Shown here in pieces: positions 37,036-45,743 of a stretch of 64,000 nucleotides of DNA. The DNA is from an uncultured Eubacteriales bacterium (lineage in GTDB: Bacteria; Bacillota; Clostridia; Oscillospirales; CAG-272). Every line of letters begins with the position of its first letter. The stretch's first letter is position 1. The notes beneath the pieces were generated by a model. It was not told the DNA's origin, ran no database searches, and worked only from the letters and a program-made list of their open reading frames with translations. The DNA is taken from contig CAKSLQ010000010.1 in the NCBI GenBank assembly GCA_934467415.1, positions 9,101 through 73,100 on the forward strand. Reading direction: 5' to 3'. The translations under genes and the position numbers were made by a program.

Positions 37036-38544
37036 ATGGAACAGAAGAAAACAGTCGTTCTGATTGCATTCTACAACGTCAAGGCGCTCGGCGTGCGCTA
37101 CCTCGAGACCGCGCTGGAAAAGGGCGGATACCGGGTCAAGGTCATCTTCTTCAAGGGCTTCAACAGCCAGGACCCCGAGGTCTGCACGGCGCGCGAGGTC
37201 GAGCTCTGCGTGGAGGAGGTCGTAAAGGAGAACCCGGTCTATGTCGGGCTGTCGGTCATGAGCTCGATGTATCTCGAGTCGGTCGAGCTGCTCTGCGGCG
37301 GCCTGCGGAGGACCGGCATTCCGATGATCTTCGGCGGTGCGTTTGCCTCCATGTTCCCGGACCGTATGCTCGACCTCGGCGGCAGCTATGTCGTGCGCGC
37401 CGACGGCGAGATCCCGATGGTCAAGCTGGCAAACGCCATCGCCGCGGGCGAGAGCGGCCGCGCCTTCCCCTCGGTCTGCTATCGGGACGACGACGGCAAG
37501 GTCGTGGTCAACCCCATCGGCGACCTGCTCGAAAACATCGACGAGTACGGCCTGCCCACCATCAATTCCAAAGGGGCGTGCTACATCGAGCACGACACCG
37601 TGACCTACGGCGACCCGCAGCTCTCCTCGATGAGCTACGAGGTCATCGCGTCGCGCGGCTGCCCGTTCACCTGCTCCTATTGCAGCGTCATCAATCTGCA
37701 CCGCATGTTCCCGAAGGGTGTGAAGTATGTCCGCACCCGCTCGGTCGAGAGCGTCATGGCGGAGCTGATCGAGGCGAAGAAGCAGCTGAAAAAGCTGGTG
37801 TTTGTCCATTTCTACGACGAGATATTCCCCAATTCGCCCGGCTGGATCGACAACTTTATTGTGCAGTACAAGAAGTACATCCACCTGCCGTTCACCATCT
37901 GGTCGCACCCGAAGATGGTGCGGCTGGACGAGCTGCAAAAGCTGGTTTCGGTCGGCCTTGACGAGGTCATCATGGGCGTGCAGTCGGGTTCGCCCTATAT
38001 CCGGAAGGAGATTTTCCACCGCTACGAGACGCAGGAGGACATCATCCGCGCAACAAAGATCATCCACGACAGCGGCGTGTACTGGGCCAGCTACGACTTC
38101 ATGCTCCAGCACCCGTTTGAGAAGATTGAGCATCTGAAGGAGACCTATTATCTCGTGCGCGAGATGGTCATGCCGATGGAGCTCCAGCTGCACGGGCTCA
38201 ACTTCCTGCCCGGCACGGACATTGTCGATATGGCGATCGACGCGGGGCTGATCTCCCGCGAGGAGATGGACAAGATCATGTACGCGCCGATGAAGGAGCA
38301 GTTTGCCGCCTACTGGAAGCGGGAGGACGAGCGCGAAAGCCGCCTGTGGTATCGGCTCATCTTCTGCCTGCAGATCAAATCCTGCCGCAAAAAGTGCGAC
38401 CTCTACGCCACCGACATCGACAAGTACGAGGCGGACATCGACCGCATGTATGAGAAGTGCGTCAAGGCGGCGCACCGCCGCCACGTCGGCAAGAAGCTGC
38501 ATGTGGTGATGAAGCGCGTGCTGTACGGCCTGCATCTGGCGTAA
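37036..38544 (+). CDS. B12-binding-domain radical SAM protein (class B)
   Basis: N-terminal Rossmann-like B12 domain (VVLIAFYNVKALGVRYLETALEKGGYRVKVIFFKG). CX3CX2C cluster in IASRGCPFTCSYCS. Substrate unknown. Confidence 0.8.
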   Translation: MEQKKTVVLIAFYNVKALGVRYLETALEKGGYRVKVIFFKGFNSQDPEVCTAREVELCVEEVVKENPVYVGLSVMSSMYLESVELLCGGLRRTGIPMIFGGAFASMFPDRMLDLGGSYVVRADGEIPMVKLANAIAAGESGRAFPSVCYRDDDGKVVVNPIGDLLENIDEYGLPTINSKGACYIEHDTVTYGDPQLSSMSYEVIASRGCPFTCSYCSVINLHRMFPKGVKYVRTRSVESVMAELIEAKKQLKKLVFVHFYDEIFPNSPGWIDNFIVQYKKYIHLPFTIWSHPKMVRLDELQKLVSVGLDEVIMGVQSGSPYIRKEIFHRYETQEDIIRATKIIHDSGVYWASYDFMLQHPFEKIEHLKETYYLVREMVMPMELQLHGLNFLPGTDIVDMAIDAGLISREEMDKIMYAPMKEQFAAYWKREDERESRLWYRLIFCLQIKSCRKKCDLYATDIDKYEADIDRMYEKCVKAAHRRHVGKKLHVVMKRVLYGLHLA

Positions 38545-38564
38545 GGGGTACGACGGTTCTATTA

Positions 38565-38705
38565 AAGCCTTCCCCGGTGGGGAAGGTGGCGCGTTAGCGC
38601 CGGATGAGGGCATGCAGGAAGCAGGCACAGCATGGCGCGATGCTTTGCCCCCATCAATCCCTCATCAGTCGCCTACGGCGACAGCTTCCCCCAAGGGAAG
38701 CCTAA
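38565..38705 (+). repeat. Family-C element, copy 2
   Basis: aagccttccccggtggggaagg...; 69-bp perfect match to copy 1. Further related modules continue to about 38990. Confidence 0.9.
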
Positions 38706-39041
38706 AAGGCGCCGCCCCTACGGAATAGCGGAAAATGCCTGCATACCGTATGGCGCCGTCTGTCTCCCGCCGTTCTGTCTTCGCTTCCCCCCGGCAAAGG
38801 GAGGTGGTGCGAAGCACCGGAGGGATTGTTACAGAGCAAAAAGATTGAAAAAGTACGGTACAACCCCTCAGGCGCCGCCAGGATGTTTTTCGGTTTCGCT
38901 CGCGAAATCGTCGGTGTTCAGCCGACGAAGAAAAACTCCGCGAGACGCTGCGCGTCTCGGACAGCTCACCCCTTGCACAGGGGAGCCGAAAGCACGCACA
39001 AACCCGTCCCGCGCCGTCTTGCTCCCGCCGCACAACAACAC

Positions 39042-39069
39042 AAAAAGGACTGCTTCGGCAGTCCTTTTT
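39042..39069 (-). terminator. Terminator of the pqqD-like/S24-like operon
   Basis: aaaaaggactgc ttcg gcagtccttttt, overlapping the stop codon. Confidence 0.7.
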
Positions 39070-39592
39070 ACTTCTGCTTTTCGATTTTCAGTATGCGCAA
39101 GAGCTTGTGTCCGGCGCGGGACGGGAGCGTGCGCAGCGGGGTCACGCGGCGGTACAGGCGGTAGGCGGTCTCGCTTCGGCGGAGGACGCGCGGGAAGCGC
39201 GCAACGCGCTCTGCCGTATAGCGGAGATAGTCCGTCTCCTTTGTGGTGTGGTGTACCTCGCCCTTGTAGTAGCCGCTCATCTTCGCCAGCACGGCGCTTT
39301 CCGGCACGCCGAATTCAAGCTCGCGCTGGTTGTCGCCGCAGAAGACCAGCCCGCGCTTCTGCACGGCGATCAGGCGGTGCAGGACAAACTGCCCGCTTGC
39401 CCGCCGATAGAGCAGCACGTCGCCGACGGCGTAGGGTTCGGCCGCGGAAAGCTCCACGGAGTCCTCGCCCGCGACGAGCAGCGGCTGCATACTGGTGCCG
39501 CGCGGATAGAGCCGGAAGACGCCGCCTGCCGCAATGACCTCGGCGATCATCGGCATCAGCGCGGCGAGCTCCATCTGCTCACGCAAGCGCAT
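39068..39592 (-). CDS. S24/S26-like (LexA/signal-peptidase fold) peptidase homolog
   Basis: GAAGGAGG upstream of ATG 39592. Ser motif YPRGTSMQPLL. The position where S24/S26 enzymes carry Lys (KR) reads FVLHRLI, so the catalytic dyad is uncertain. Overlaps the pqqD-like gene end by 14 nt. Confidence 0.6.
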   Translation of the reverse strand: MRLREQMELAALMPMIAEVIAAGGVFRLYPRGTSMQPLLVAGEDSVELSAAEPYAVGDVLLYRRASGQFVLHRLIAVQKRGLVFCGDNQRELEFGVPESAVLAKMSGYYKGEVHHTTKETDYLRYTAERVARFPRVLRRSETAYRLYRRVTPLRTLPSRAGHKLLRILKIEKQK

Positions 39593-39839
39593 CGGCCTCC
39601 TTCAGCATCCCGATGAAGGCGTCGGTGTCGCGCTTGGCCGTTTCCGCGTCGATCTCGTAGTGCGCGGCGAGCGCCGCGGCGATCGTATCGGTGTCGGTCT
39701 CGTTCTTCATCAGATCCCAGATGAACGCGCCGGTCTCGTTGAGTGCGATCATGCCGCCGCCGTTCGACACCTGCGAAACCGACACGGCATAGTATTTTGT
39801 GCCGATCTTTCTGACGATGTAGCCGTCCTTAATCTTCAT
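39579..39839 (-). CDS. PqqD-family protein (RiPP recognition element-like)
   Basis: 86 aa. GGAGGG SD. ..LNETGAFIWDLMKNETDTDTIAAALAAHYEID.ETAKRDTDAFIGMLKEADAL fits the PqqD/RRE winged-helix pattern. Confidence 0.7.
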   Translation of the reverse strand: MKIKDGYIVRKIGTKYYAVSVSQVSNGGGMIALNETGAFIWDLMKNETDTDTIAAALAAHYEIDAETAKRDTDAFIGMLKEADALA

Positions 39840-39993
39840 TCCGAAAGCCCTCCGTACAGCTGTAGTTGCTATTCTTATATAGTATACACGAACATTTCGG
39901 GAGCGTCAAGGCAGATTTTGCGGAATTTATGCAGCGAATTTGTATGAAAAGCGAAAAAACTTTGCATCTTCTCCGAAATCTTCCGCGGCCTGC

Positions 39994-40023
39994 TTTACAA
40001 GTCCGTATGCGATATGGTATACT
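39994..40023 (+). promoter_or_regulatory. Promoter of the VanY-like gene
   Basis: TTTACA-18 nt-TATACT with a TGG extended -10. Confidence 0.5.
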
Positions 40024-40062
40024 GTCAGCAAGATCACAGCGGCTGCACAAAGGGGGACTTTG

Positions 40063-41136
40063 ATGGATCGCCGACCGGATATGGACGCGCTGGCCGCGGC
40101 AAAGCGCCGCCAGTATGTCAAAAAAGAAAAACGCAAGCGCCGCATCTTCGTTGCGCTGCTTGCCGTGACGATCCTCGCCGTCTGGGGCGTCATCATTTTC
40201 GCGCTCTATCGGCTTTGGGCGCCCGTCGCGCGGCCGTCCGTCACCGAGGGGACGACGGAGGTGACTCCGGAGATCACCACGGTGCGCACCCCGACCGGCA
40301 CGGTCGTGACCGAAGCGCCGCGCACCGAGACAATCACGCTCACGGCGGACGACGTGCATCGCGGCGACCTCATTCTCGTCTCCACGCTGCTCGGGCGCGC
40401 CTATGCGTTTCCGAAGAATGAGAGCGAGCTGGTCACGCTCTACGGCAACAAGTCGGGCAGCTACCGCGTCAGCTCGTCGGCCATCAAGCTGACCCGCACG
40501 ATGATGGCGGCACTGGACGACATGTTTGACGCCTTCTTCGCCGAGACCGGCAGCCGCGACTATCAGATTACGCAGGGCTACCGCACCTATGACGAGCAGG
40601 CCGCGATTTATGACGATTATCAGGAGATCTACGGCGCGGAGCAGGGCGCGCTGCTTGCCGCCCGCCCCGGCTACAGCGAGCATCACACCGGCATGGCGAT
40701 CGACATGAACGTCTATACGGCCTCCGGCGTCAGCTATTCGCTGGCGACGGCGGGTGCCGCCGATCCCATCTACGGCTGGATTTATGAAAACGCTGCGAAA
40801 TACGGCCTCGTGCTGCGTTATCCCGACAGCAAGACGACGGTGACCGGCATCACCAACGAGCCGTGGCACTTCCGCTACGTCGGGCGCGGCCACGCCGCCT
40901 ACATGGCGGAAAACGGCCTTGTGCTGGAGGAATACCTCGCGCTGCTCTACACGCACGGCGCGGCATCCCCGCTGACCTTCACGGCCGACGGCGTCCGCTA
41001 CGAGGTCTACTACGTCCCCGCGGCCGACGGAGAGACGAAGATCGAGCTGCCGCTCGGCGCGGACTACACCGTCTCGGGGGACAACGACGGCGGCTTCATC
41101 GTCACACTGCGCACCGCGGATATGACGATTGAATAA
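40063..41136 (+). CDS. VanY-type D-alanyl-D-alanine carboxypeptidase (peptidase M15B), membrane anchored
   Basis: ATG 40063 follows AAAGGGGGA. N-terminal TM IFVALLAVTILAVWGVIIF. Zn-binding motifs SEHHTGMAIDM and EPWHFRYVG. Confidence 0.85.
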   Translation: MDRRPDMDALAAAKRRQYVKKEKRKRRIFVALLAVTILAVWGVIIFALYRLWAPVARPSVTEGTTEVTPEITTVRTPTGTVVTEAPRTETITLTADDVHRGDLILVSTLLGRAYAFPKNESELVTLYGNKSGSYRVSSSAIKLTRTMMAALDDMFDAFFAETGSRDYQITQGYRTYDEQAAIYDDYQEIYGAEQGALLAARPGYSEHHTGMAIDMNVYTASGVSYSLATAGAADPIYGWIYENAAKYGLVLRYPDSKTTVTGITNEPWHFRYVGRGHAAYMAENGLVLEEYLALLYTHGAASPLTFTADGVRYEVYYVPAADGETKIELPLGADYTVSGDNDGGFIVTLRTADMTIE

Positions 41137-41179
41137 GACAAGGACAAATTCAGATTTTCTTTTTAAGGAGGAAAATAAT

Positions 41180-41668
41180 ATGTTTTGTAAGAATTGCGGC
41201 AAAGAGGTCTCCGACGGGACGAAGTTCTGCCCCGGCTGCGGCGCGCAGCTCGGCGGCGCGGAGCAGCAGGCGTCCGGGACGCAGCAGACGACCTACACCG
41301 GCACGGTGAACGGCGCGGCGGGCGGACCGAAGAAGCGCAGCATCGGCGTGTGCATCCTGCTCTCGCTCGTGACCTGCGGCATCTACGGGATCATCTGGCT
41401 GGTACAGATGGTGGATGAGCTGAATGCGGCGGCGGGCGAAACGGACGCGACGAGCGGCATCATGGTCTTCCTGCTCTCGCTCGTCACCTGCAACATCTAC
41501 AGCTGGTACTGGTTCTACAAGGCGGGCGAGCTGGTCAACCGCGCAAGCGGCACACGCGGCGGCGCGCAGGATCAGAACCGCGGCATCCTCTACCTGATCC
41601 TCAGCATCATCGGCTTCAACATCATCTCGATGGCGCTGATCCAGGATGAACTGAACAAGCTGGCATAA
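41180..41668 (+). CDS. Zinc-ribbon plus DUF4234-like membrane protein
   Basis: AAGGAGG SD. MFCKNCGKEVSDGTKFCPGCGAQL, then TM helices with the repeated LSLVTCGIYGIIW / LSLVTCNIYSWYW motif. Confidence 0.75.
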   Translation: MFCKNCGKEVSDGTKFCPGCGAQLGGAEQQASGTQQTTYTGTVNGAAGGPKKRSIGVCILLSLVTCGIYGIIWLVQMVDELNAAAGETDATSGIMVFLLSLVTCNIYSWYWFYKAGELVNRASGTRGGAQDQNRGILYLILSIIGFNIISMALIQDELNKLA

Positions 41669-41669
41669 C

Positions 41670-42038
41670 ATGCAGAAGCGGCTGTTCCGCCTGTTCCTTT
41701 GGTGCGGGATCGCGTGCGGCGCCGGGCTGGTCTACGCGCTCTTTGTGCGCGTGACCGGATTCGGCATCCCCTGCATCTTCCACGTCGTCACGGGATTTGA
41801 CTGTCCGTCCTGCGGCGTCACCCGCATGTGCCTTTCGCTGCTGCGGCTGGATTTTGCCGCGGCATATCGGTACAACGCGGCCATCCTCGTGCTCTCGCCG
41901 CTCGGCATTGCCGTGGCGGCGCGGCAGGCATGGCTCTATGTGAAGACCGGACACCCGAAGCTCTCGAAGATCGAAATGGGCATCATTTCCTTTCTGATCG
42001 TCGCCCTGCTCGTTTTCGGGGTGTGGCGGAACATCTGA
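41670..42038 (+). CDS. DUF2752-like membrane protein
   Basis: CIFHVVTGFDCPSCGVTRM motif and several TM helices. Starts 2 nt after the previous stop. Confidence 0.7.
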   Translation: MQKRLFRLFLWCGIACGAGLVYALFVRVTGFGIPCIFHVVTGFDCPSCGVTRMCLSLLRLDFAAAYRYNAAILVLSPLGIAVAARQAWLYVKTGHPKLSKIEMGIISFLIVALLVFGVWRNI

Positions 42039-42051
42039 GCGAATTATCCGG

Positions 42052-42087
42052 GAAAACCGACGTTTTTCGTCGGTTTTCTTTCTTTTT
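42052..42087 (+). terminator. Terminator after the DUF2752 gene
   Basis: gaaaaccgacg ttttt cgtcggttttc tttcttttt. Confidence 0.75.
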
Positions 42088-42103
42088 CGTCGGTTTACGA
42101 ACC

Positions 42104-42133
42104 TTGACAAAGCCGGCGTCGGAATGGTATACT
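42104..42133 (+). promoter_or_regulatory. Promoter of the tandem CNNM genes
   Basis: TTGACA-18 nt-TATACT with a TGG extended -10. Confidence 0.55.
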
Positions 42134-42197
42134 GATAAATATAACTTGCACAAAGGTGCGGGTATTTGTCCCCATCAAGAAGGAGTTGGTTATCTAC

Positions 42198-43481
42198 ATG
42201 GACGGAGACGCGGGTCGATATTGGCAGATTCTTTTCTACATATTGCTGATTATCGGCGGCGCCTATTTCGCAAGCGCGGAAAGCGCTTACGTCAGGGCGA
42301 ACAAGATTCGGCTGAAGGCGGCAGCGGATGACGGAGACAAGCGGGCCAAGCGCGCGCTGTATATCACCGATCATTTCGACAAAGCGCTGACCACGATCCT
42401 CATCGGCAACAACATCATGCATCTGGCCTGTTCATCGCTGGCGACGGTCATTGCCATTGACCTGCTCGGCGAAGGCAAAACCATCATTGCGACGGTCGTC
42501 ACCACCGCAGTGGTCTTTCTGTTCAGCGAGATGCTGCCGAAGAGCTTTGCCAACACGCAGAGCGAGAAGCTGGCGCTGGGATATTCCGCGTCACTCACGG
42601 CACTGATGAAGATCCTGACGCCGGTTGCATTCGTTTTTATCAAAATTTCCGATCTGTTCTCCCGCCTGTTCGGCGGCGGTCAGGATGACCGCATGACCGA
42701 GGAGGAGCTGGAGACCATCATCGACCAAGTGGAGGACAGCGGCACGCTGGACGAGGAGCAGACCGATCTGCTCCGCAATGCGGTGGACTTCACCAAGACC
42801 TCGCTTGAGGACATTATGACCATGCGCGAGGACATCGTCGGCGTGGATGTTGCCATGTCGCAGGAGCAGGTTTTCGAGACGGTGCGCGGGACCAATTTCT
42901 CCCGTCTGCCGGTGTACGAGGGCGATGTGGACCACATCATCGGCATTCTGCCGGTGCGCGAATATCTGCGCGCGTATCTGCGCCGCGGCTACGTCAATCT
43001 GCGCCGCATTCTGCTGGCGCCGACTTTTGCCGCGCCGGATGCGGCCATTGACGATCTCTTTGCCGCGATGAGCGCCTCGAAAAAGCAGTTTGTCGTGGTG
43101 CGCGAGGACGACCGCACGGTCGGCATCGCGACCATCGAGGATTTCCTCGAGGAGCTGGTCGGCGAGATCTGGGACGAGGACGACGAGTATGATGAGGACT
43201 TCATCAAGCTCGGCGGCAACTATTTCGAGATCGTGCCGTCCATGAAGGTGCGCGAGGCGCTCTCCCGCATCGGGCATCCGCTCCCCTCGCTTGCCGAGCA
43301 GAAAAAGACGCTCGACGCATGGCTGCGCTCGAATCTTTCCGGCGAGCCGAAGGAAGATGAGGGCTTTACCTACGGCAGACTTGCCGTGATGGCCGGCCCC
43401 GTCGAGGACGGTGCGCTCAAGAGCGTCATCATCCGCCTTTGCGATGACGAGAACGAGGCAAAGGAGGAGATCGACAAATGA
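42198..43481 (+). CDS. CNNM/CorC-HlyC family transporter-like protein (DUF21 + CBS pair + CorC_HlyC)
   Basis: DUF21 N-terminus (FASAESAYVRANKIRLK..ITDHFDKALTTILIGNN), CBS region and a C-terminal transporter-associated domain. Confidence 0.8.
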   Translation: MDGDAGRYWQILFYILLIIGGAYFASAESAYVRANKIRLKAAADDGDKRAKRALYITDHFDKALTTILIGNNIMHLACSSLATVIAIDLLGEGKTIIATVVTTAVVFLFSEMLPKSFANTQSEKLALGYSASLTALMKILTPVAFVFIKISDLFSRLFGGGQDDRMTEEELETIIDQVEDSGTLDEEQTDLLRNAVDFTKTSLEDIMTMREDIVGVDVAMSQEQVFETVRGTNFSRLPVYEGDVDHIIGILPVREYLRAYLRRGYVNLRRILLAPTFAAPDAAIDDLFAAMSASKKQFVVVREDDRTVGIATIEDFLEELVGEIWDEDDEYDEDFIKLGGNYFEIVPSMKVREALSRIGHPLPSLAEQKKTLDAWLRSNLSGEPKEDEGFTYGRLAVMAGPVEDGALKSVIIRLCDDENEAKEEIDK

Positions 43482-44752
43482 GTTACGTTCTGATCGTGAT
43501 CCTGATCTGCTTCTCCGCCTTCTTCTCGGGCACCGAGATCGCCTATACGTCGGTCAACCGCGTCCGCCTCAAAAAGCTGGCGGAGGACGGCAGCCGCATG
43601 GCGAAGCTGGCGGATAAGATCTCGGATAAATTCGACGACGCGCTCACGGCGGTGCTCATCGGCAACAACTTTGTCAACATTGCCGCGTCGGCCGTCTCGA
43701 CCACCATTGCGCTCTCCATTGCAAAGCATATGGGCAGCGGCCACGGCTCGACCGGGCTTGCCGCCACGATCGCAACGGCCGTTATCACGGTCCTGATCCT
43801 GATCTTCGGCGAGATTGTGCCGAAGGTCGTCTGCAAGCAGAACAGCGACCGCGCCGCCTGCCTGACGGCGTATCCGCTCGCGTTTTTCATCATCCTTTTC
43901 TACCCCGTCACCCTCCTTGTCGGATGGCTGCTGAAGCTCTGCTCCCACTTCTGGGGCAAGCCGGACGACAGCGTCTCCGAGGAGGAGCTGGCGATGCTGA
44001 TCGAGACGACCGAGGAGGACGGCGGTATCGACGAGGATAAGAGCGACCTCTTGCAGAGCGCGCTCGAATTCTCGGACATCACGCTGGCCGAGATCATCAC
44101 GCACCGCACCGAGGTGCTGGCGCTGGACGCGGACGCAAACCCGGCGGAGAATCTCCGCATCATCAATTCCTCGCGGCACAGCCGCCTGCCCGTCTACAAG
44201 GACAGCATCGACAACATCATCGGTATCCTCAACATCAACCAGTTCTACAAGCGGCTGGCCGAGAACCCGGAGACCGCGGTGAAGGACGTCATGTTTGAGC
44301 CGCTGATGATGCACGGCACGGTGAAGCTGCCCGTCGCGCTGGAGGAAATGCGCGAGATGCAGATGCCGATGACGGTCGTGCTCGATGAGTACGGCGGCAC
44401 GCTCGGCATTGTGACCACCGAGGACATTCTCGAGCAGATCGTCGGCGACATCTGGGACGAGAGCGACGAGATCGTCGAGGACATCGTCGAAAATCCGGAC
44501 GGCACCTACCGCGTGCTCGGCGACGCCAACATCTACGATATGTTTGACGAGATGGACATCGACGACCGCGACTTTGAATCCGACTGCAACACGGTCGGCG
44601 GCTGGTGCGCCGAGATGCTCGGGCAGAATCCCGAGGTCGGCATGGCCTTCGACTACAGGAACCTGCACGTGGAGATCACCCGCGCGGACGAGACCTGTGT
44701 GGAGGAGGTCCGCGTCACCGTCAGCCCCGTTCCCGAGGAAGAGGAAGAATAA
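43478..44752 (+). CDS. CNNM/CorC-HlyC family transporter-like protein (tandem paralog)
   Basis: Overlaps the previous stop (ATGA). FFSGTEIAYTSVNRVRLK..FDDALTAVLIGNN and the same domain order. Confidence 0.8.
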   Translation: MSYVLIVILICFSAFFSGTEIAYTSVNRVRLKKLAEDGSRMAKLADKISDKFDDALTAVLIGNNFVNIAASAVSTTIALSIAKHMGSGHGSTGLAATIATAVITVLILIFGEIVPKVVCKQNSDRAACLTAYPLAFFIILFYPVTLLVGWLLKLCSHFWGKPDDSVSEEELAMLIETTEEDGGIDEDKSDLLQSALEFSDITLAEIITHRTEVLALDADANPAENLRIINSSRHSRLPVYKDSIDNIIGILNINQFYKRLAENPETAVKDVMFEPLMMHGTVKLPVALEEMREMQMPMTVVLDEYGGTLGIVTTEDILEQIVGDIWDESDEIVEDIVENPDGTYRVLGDANIYDMFDEMDIDDRDFESDCNTVGGWCAEMLGQNPEVGMAFDYRNLHVEITRADETCVEEVRVTVSPVPEEEEE

Positions 44753-44762
44753 AATTTGCAAA

Positions 44763-44799
44763 ACGCACGGAAAACTTCGGTTTTCCGTGTGTTTTTTTG
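44763..44799 (+). terminator. Terminator after the second CNNM gene
   Basis: acgcacggaaaac ttcg gttttccgtgtgt, then ttttttt. Confidence 0.8.
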
Positions 44800-44812
44800 T
44801 TGACTTGACCGT

Positions 44813-44841
44813 TTGACAAATGTATAGCAACTTACTATAAT
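44813..44841 (+). promoter_or_regulatory. Consensus sigma70 promoter of the atp operon
   Basis: TTGACA-17 nt-TATAAT, perfect hexamers and spacing, 43 nt upstream of atpB. Confidence 0.7.
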
Positions 44842-44884
44842 TGATACATTAAAGTTACCTGCTCCGTAGGAGGCGATTTTCAAA

Positions 44885-45727
44885 ATGAAGAAAAACAGGC
44901 GCACAGCGCTCCTTGTGTGGCTCTTGCTGCTCGCTGCTCTGCTTGCCGCGTCGCTCGCCGTCGGCGGCCTGCCGAAGGGCGAGAGCATCCGCGAGGCCAT
45001 GCGCGACGCCGTGCTGCACGAGGAGAACAAGATTTCGCTGTTCGGGCTGCTCGACGTCAACCCGGCGGTGATCTCGGGCTTCACCGTCACGGGTGTGCTG
45101 CTCGCGTTCGCGCTTTTGGTGCGGCTCTTCTTCGTGCCGCACATGAAGACCGTGCCCGGCCGGTTCCAGCTGCTGCTCGAGAGCGCGGTCGGCTGCTTCG
45201 ACGGGCTGGCTAAGTCCAACAGCCCGCACCGCAACCGCTTTCTCGGCGGCTATGTGTTTGCGGCGGGCGCGTACATTTTCATCGGTACGCTGTTTGAGCT
45301 GTTCGGGCTTCAGGCCGTCACCACGCGCGGCCTCTCGGTCGCGCTGCCCGCGCCGCTCTCGGACATCAATGCCGCCATTGCGCTCGGCTGCCTGTCCTAT
45401 CTCGTGATTCTGTCGGGCGGCATCGCGGGCAACGGCCTGCGCGGCGCGCTGAACACCCTCAAGGACTTCTCCCTGCCGATCTCGATGAGCTTCCGCCTGT
45501 TCGGCGCGCTGCTCAGCGGTCTGCTCGTCACCGAGCTTGTCTATTACTATATCCACCTGAGCTTCGTCCTGCCGGTTGCGGTCGGCGTGATGTTCACGCT
45601 GCTGCACGCGCTGATCCAGACCTATGTGCTGACGATGCTCACCGCGCTTTTCTACGGCGAGGTCTCCGAGCCGCACCCGAAGAAAGCGAAAAAATCCGAA
45701 TCCAAAACCCAAAAGGCTGCGGCCTGA
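44885..45727 (+). CDS. atpB: F-type ATP synthase subunit a
   Basis: LPISMSFRLFGALLSG carries the conserved stator Arg, and LLHALIQTYVLTMLTALF follows. First gene after a consensus promoter. Confidence 0.88.
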   Translation: MKKNRRTALLVWLLLLAALLAASLAVGGLPKGESIREAMRDAVLHEENKISLFGLLDVNPAVISGFTVTGVLLAFALLVRLFFVPHMKTVPGRFQLLLESAVGCFDGLAKSNSPHRNRFLGGYVFAAGAYIFIGTLFELFGLQAVTTRGLSVALPAPLSDINAAIALGCLSYLVILSGGIAGNGLRGALNTLKDFSLPISMSFRLFGALLSGLLVTELVYYYIHLSFVLPVAVGVMFTLLHALIQTYVLTMLTALFYGEVSEPHPKKAKKSESKTQKAAA

Positions 45728-45743
45728 ACCCGGAGGTATGACC

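Noticed and set aside
38632-39537. ORF 38632..39537 (+, 301 aa) and ORF 38665..39033 (-, 122 aa) in the rSAM/S24 intergenic region
   Set aside because: The plus ORF reads through family-C/A repeat modules and then runs antisense to the S24 gene. The minus ORF lies entirely within the repeat modules. Their peptide repeats come from hairpin DNA, and neither has an SD.
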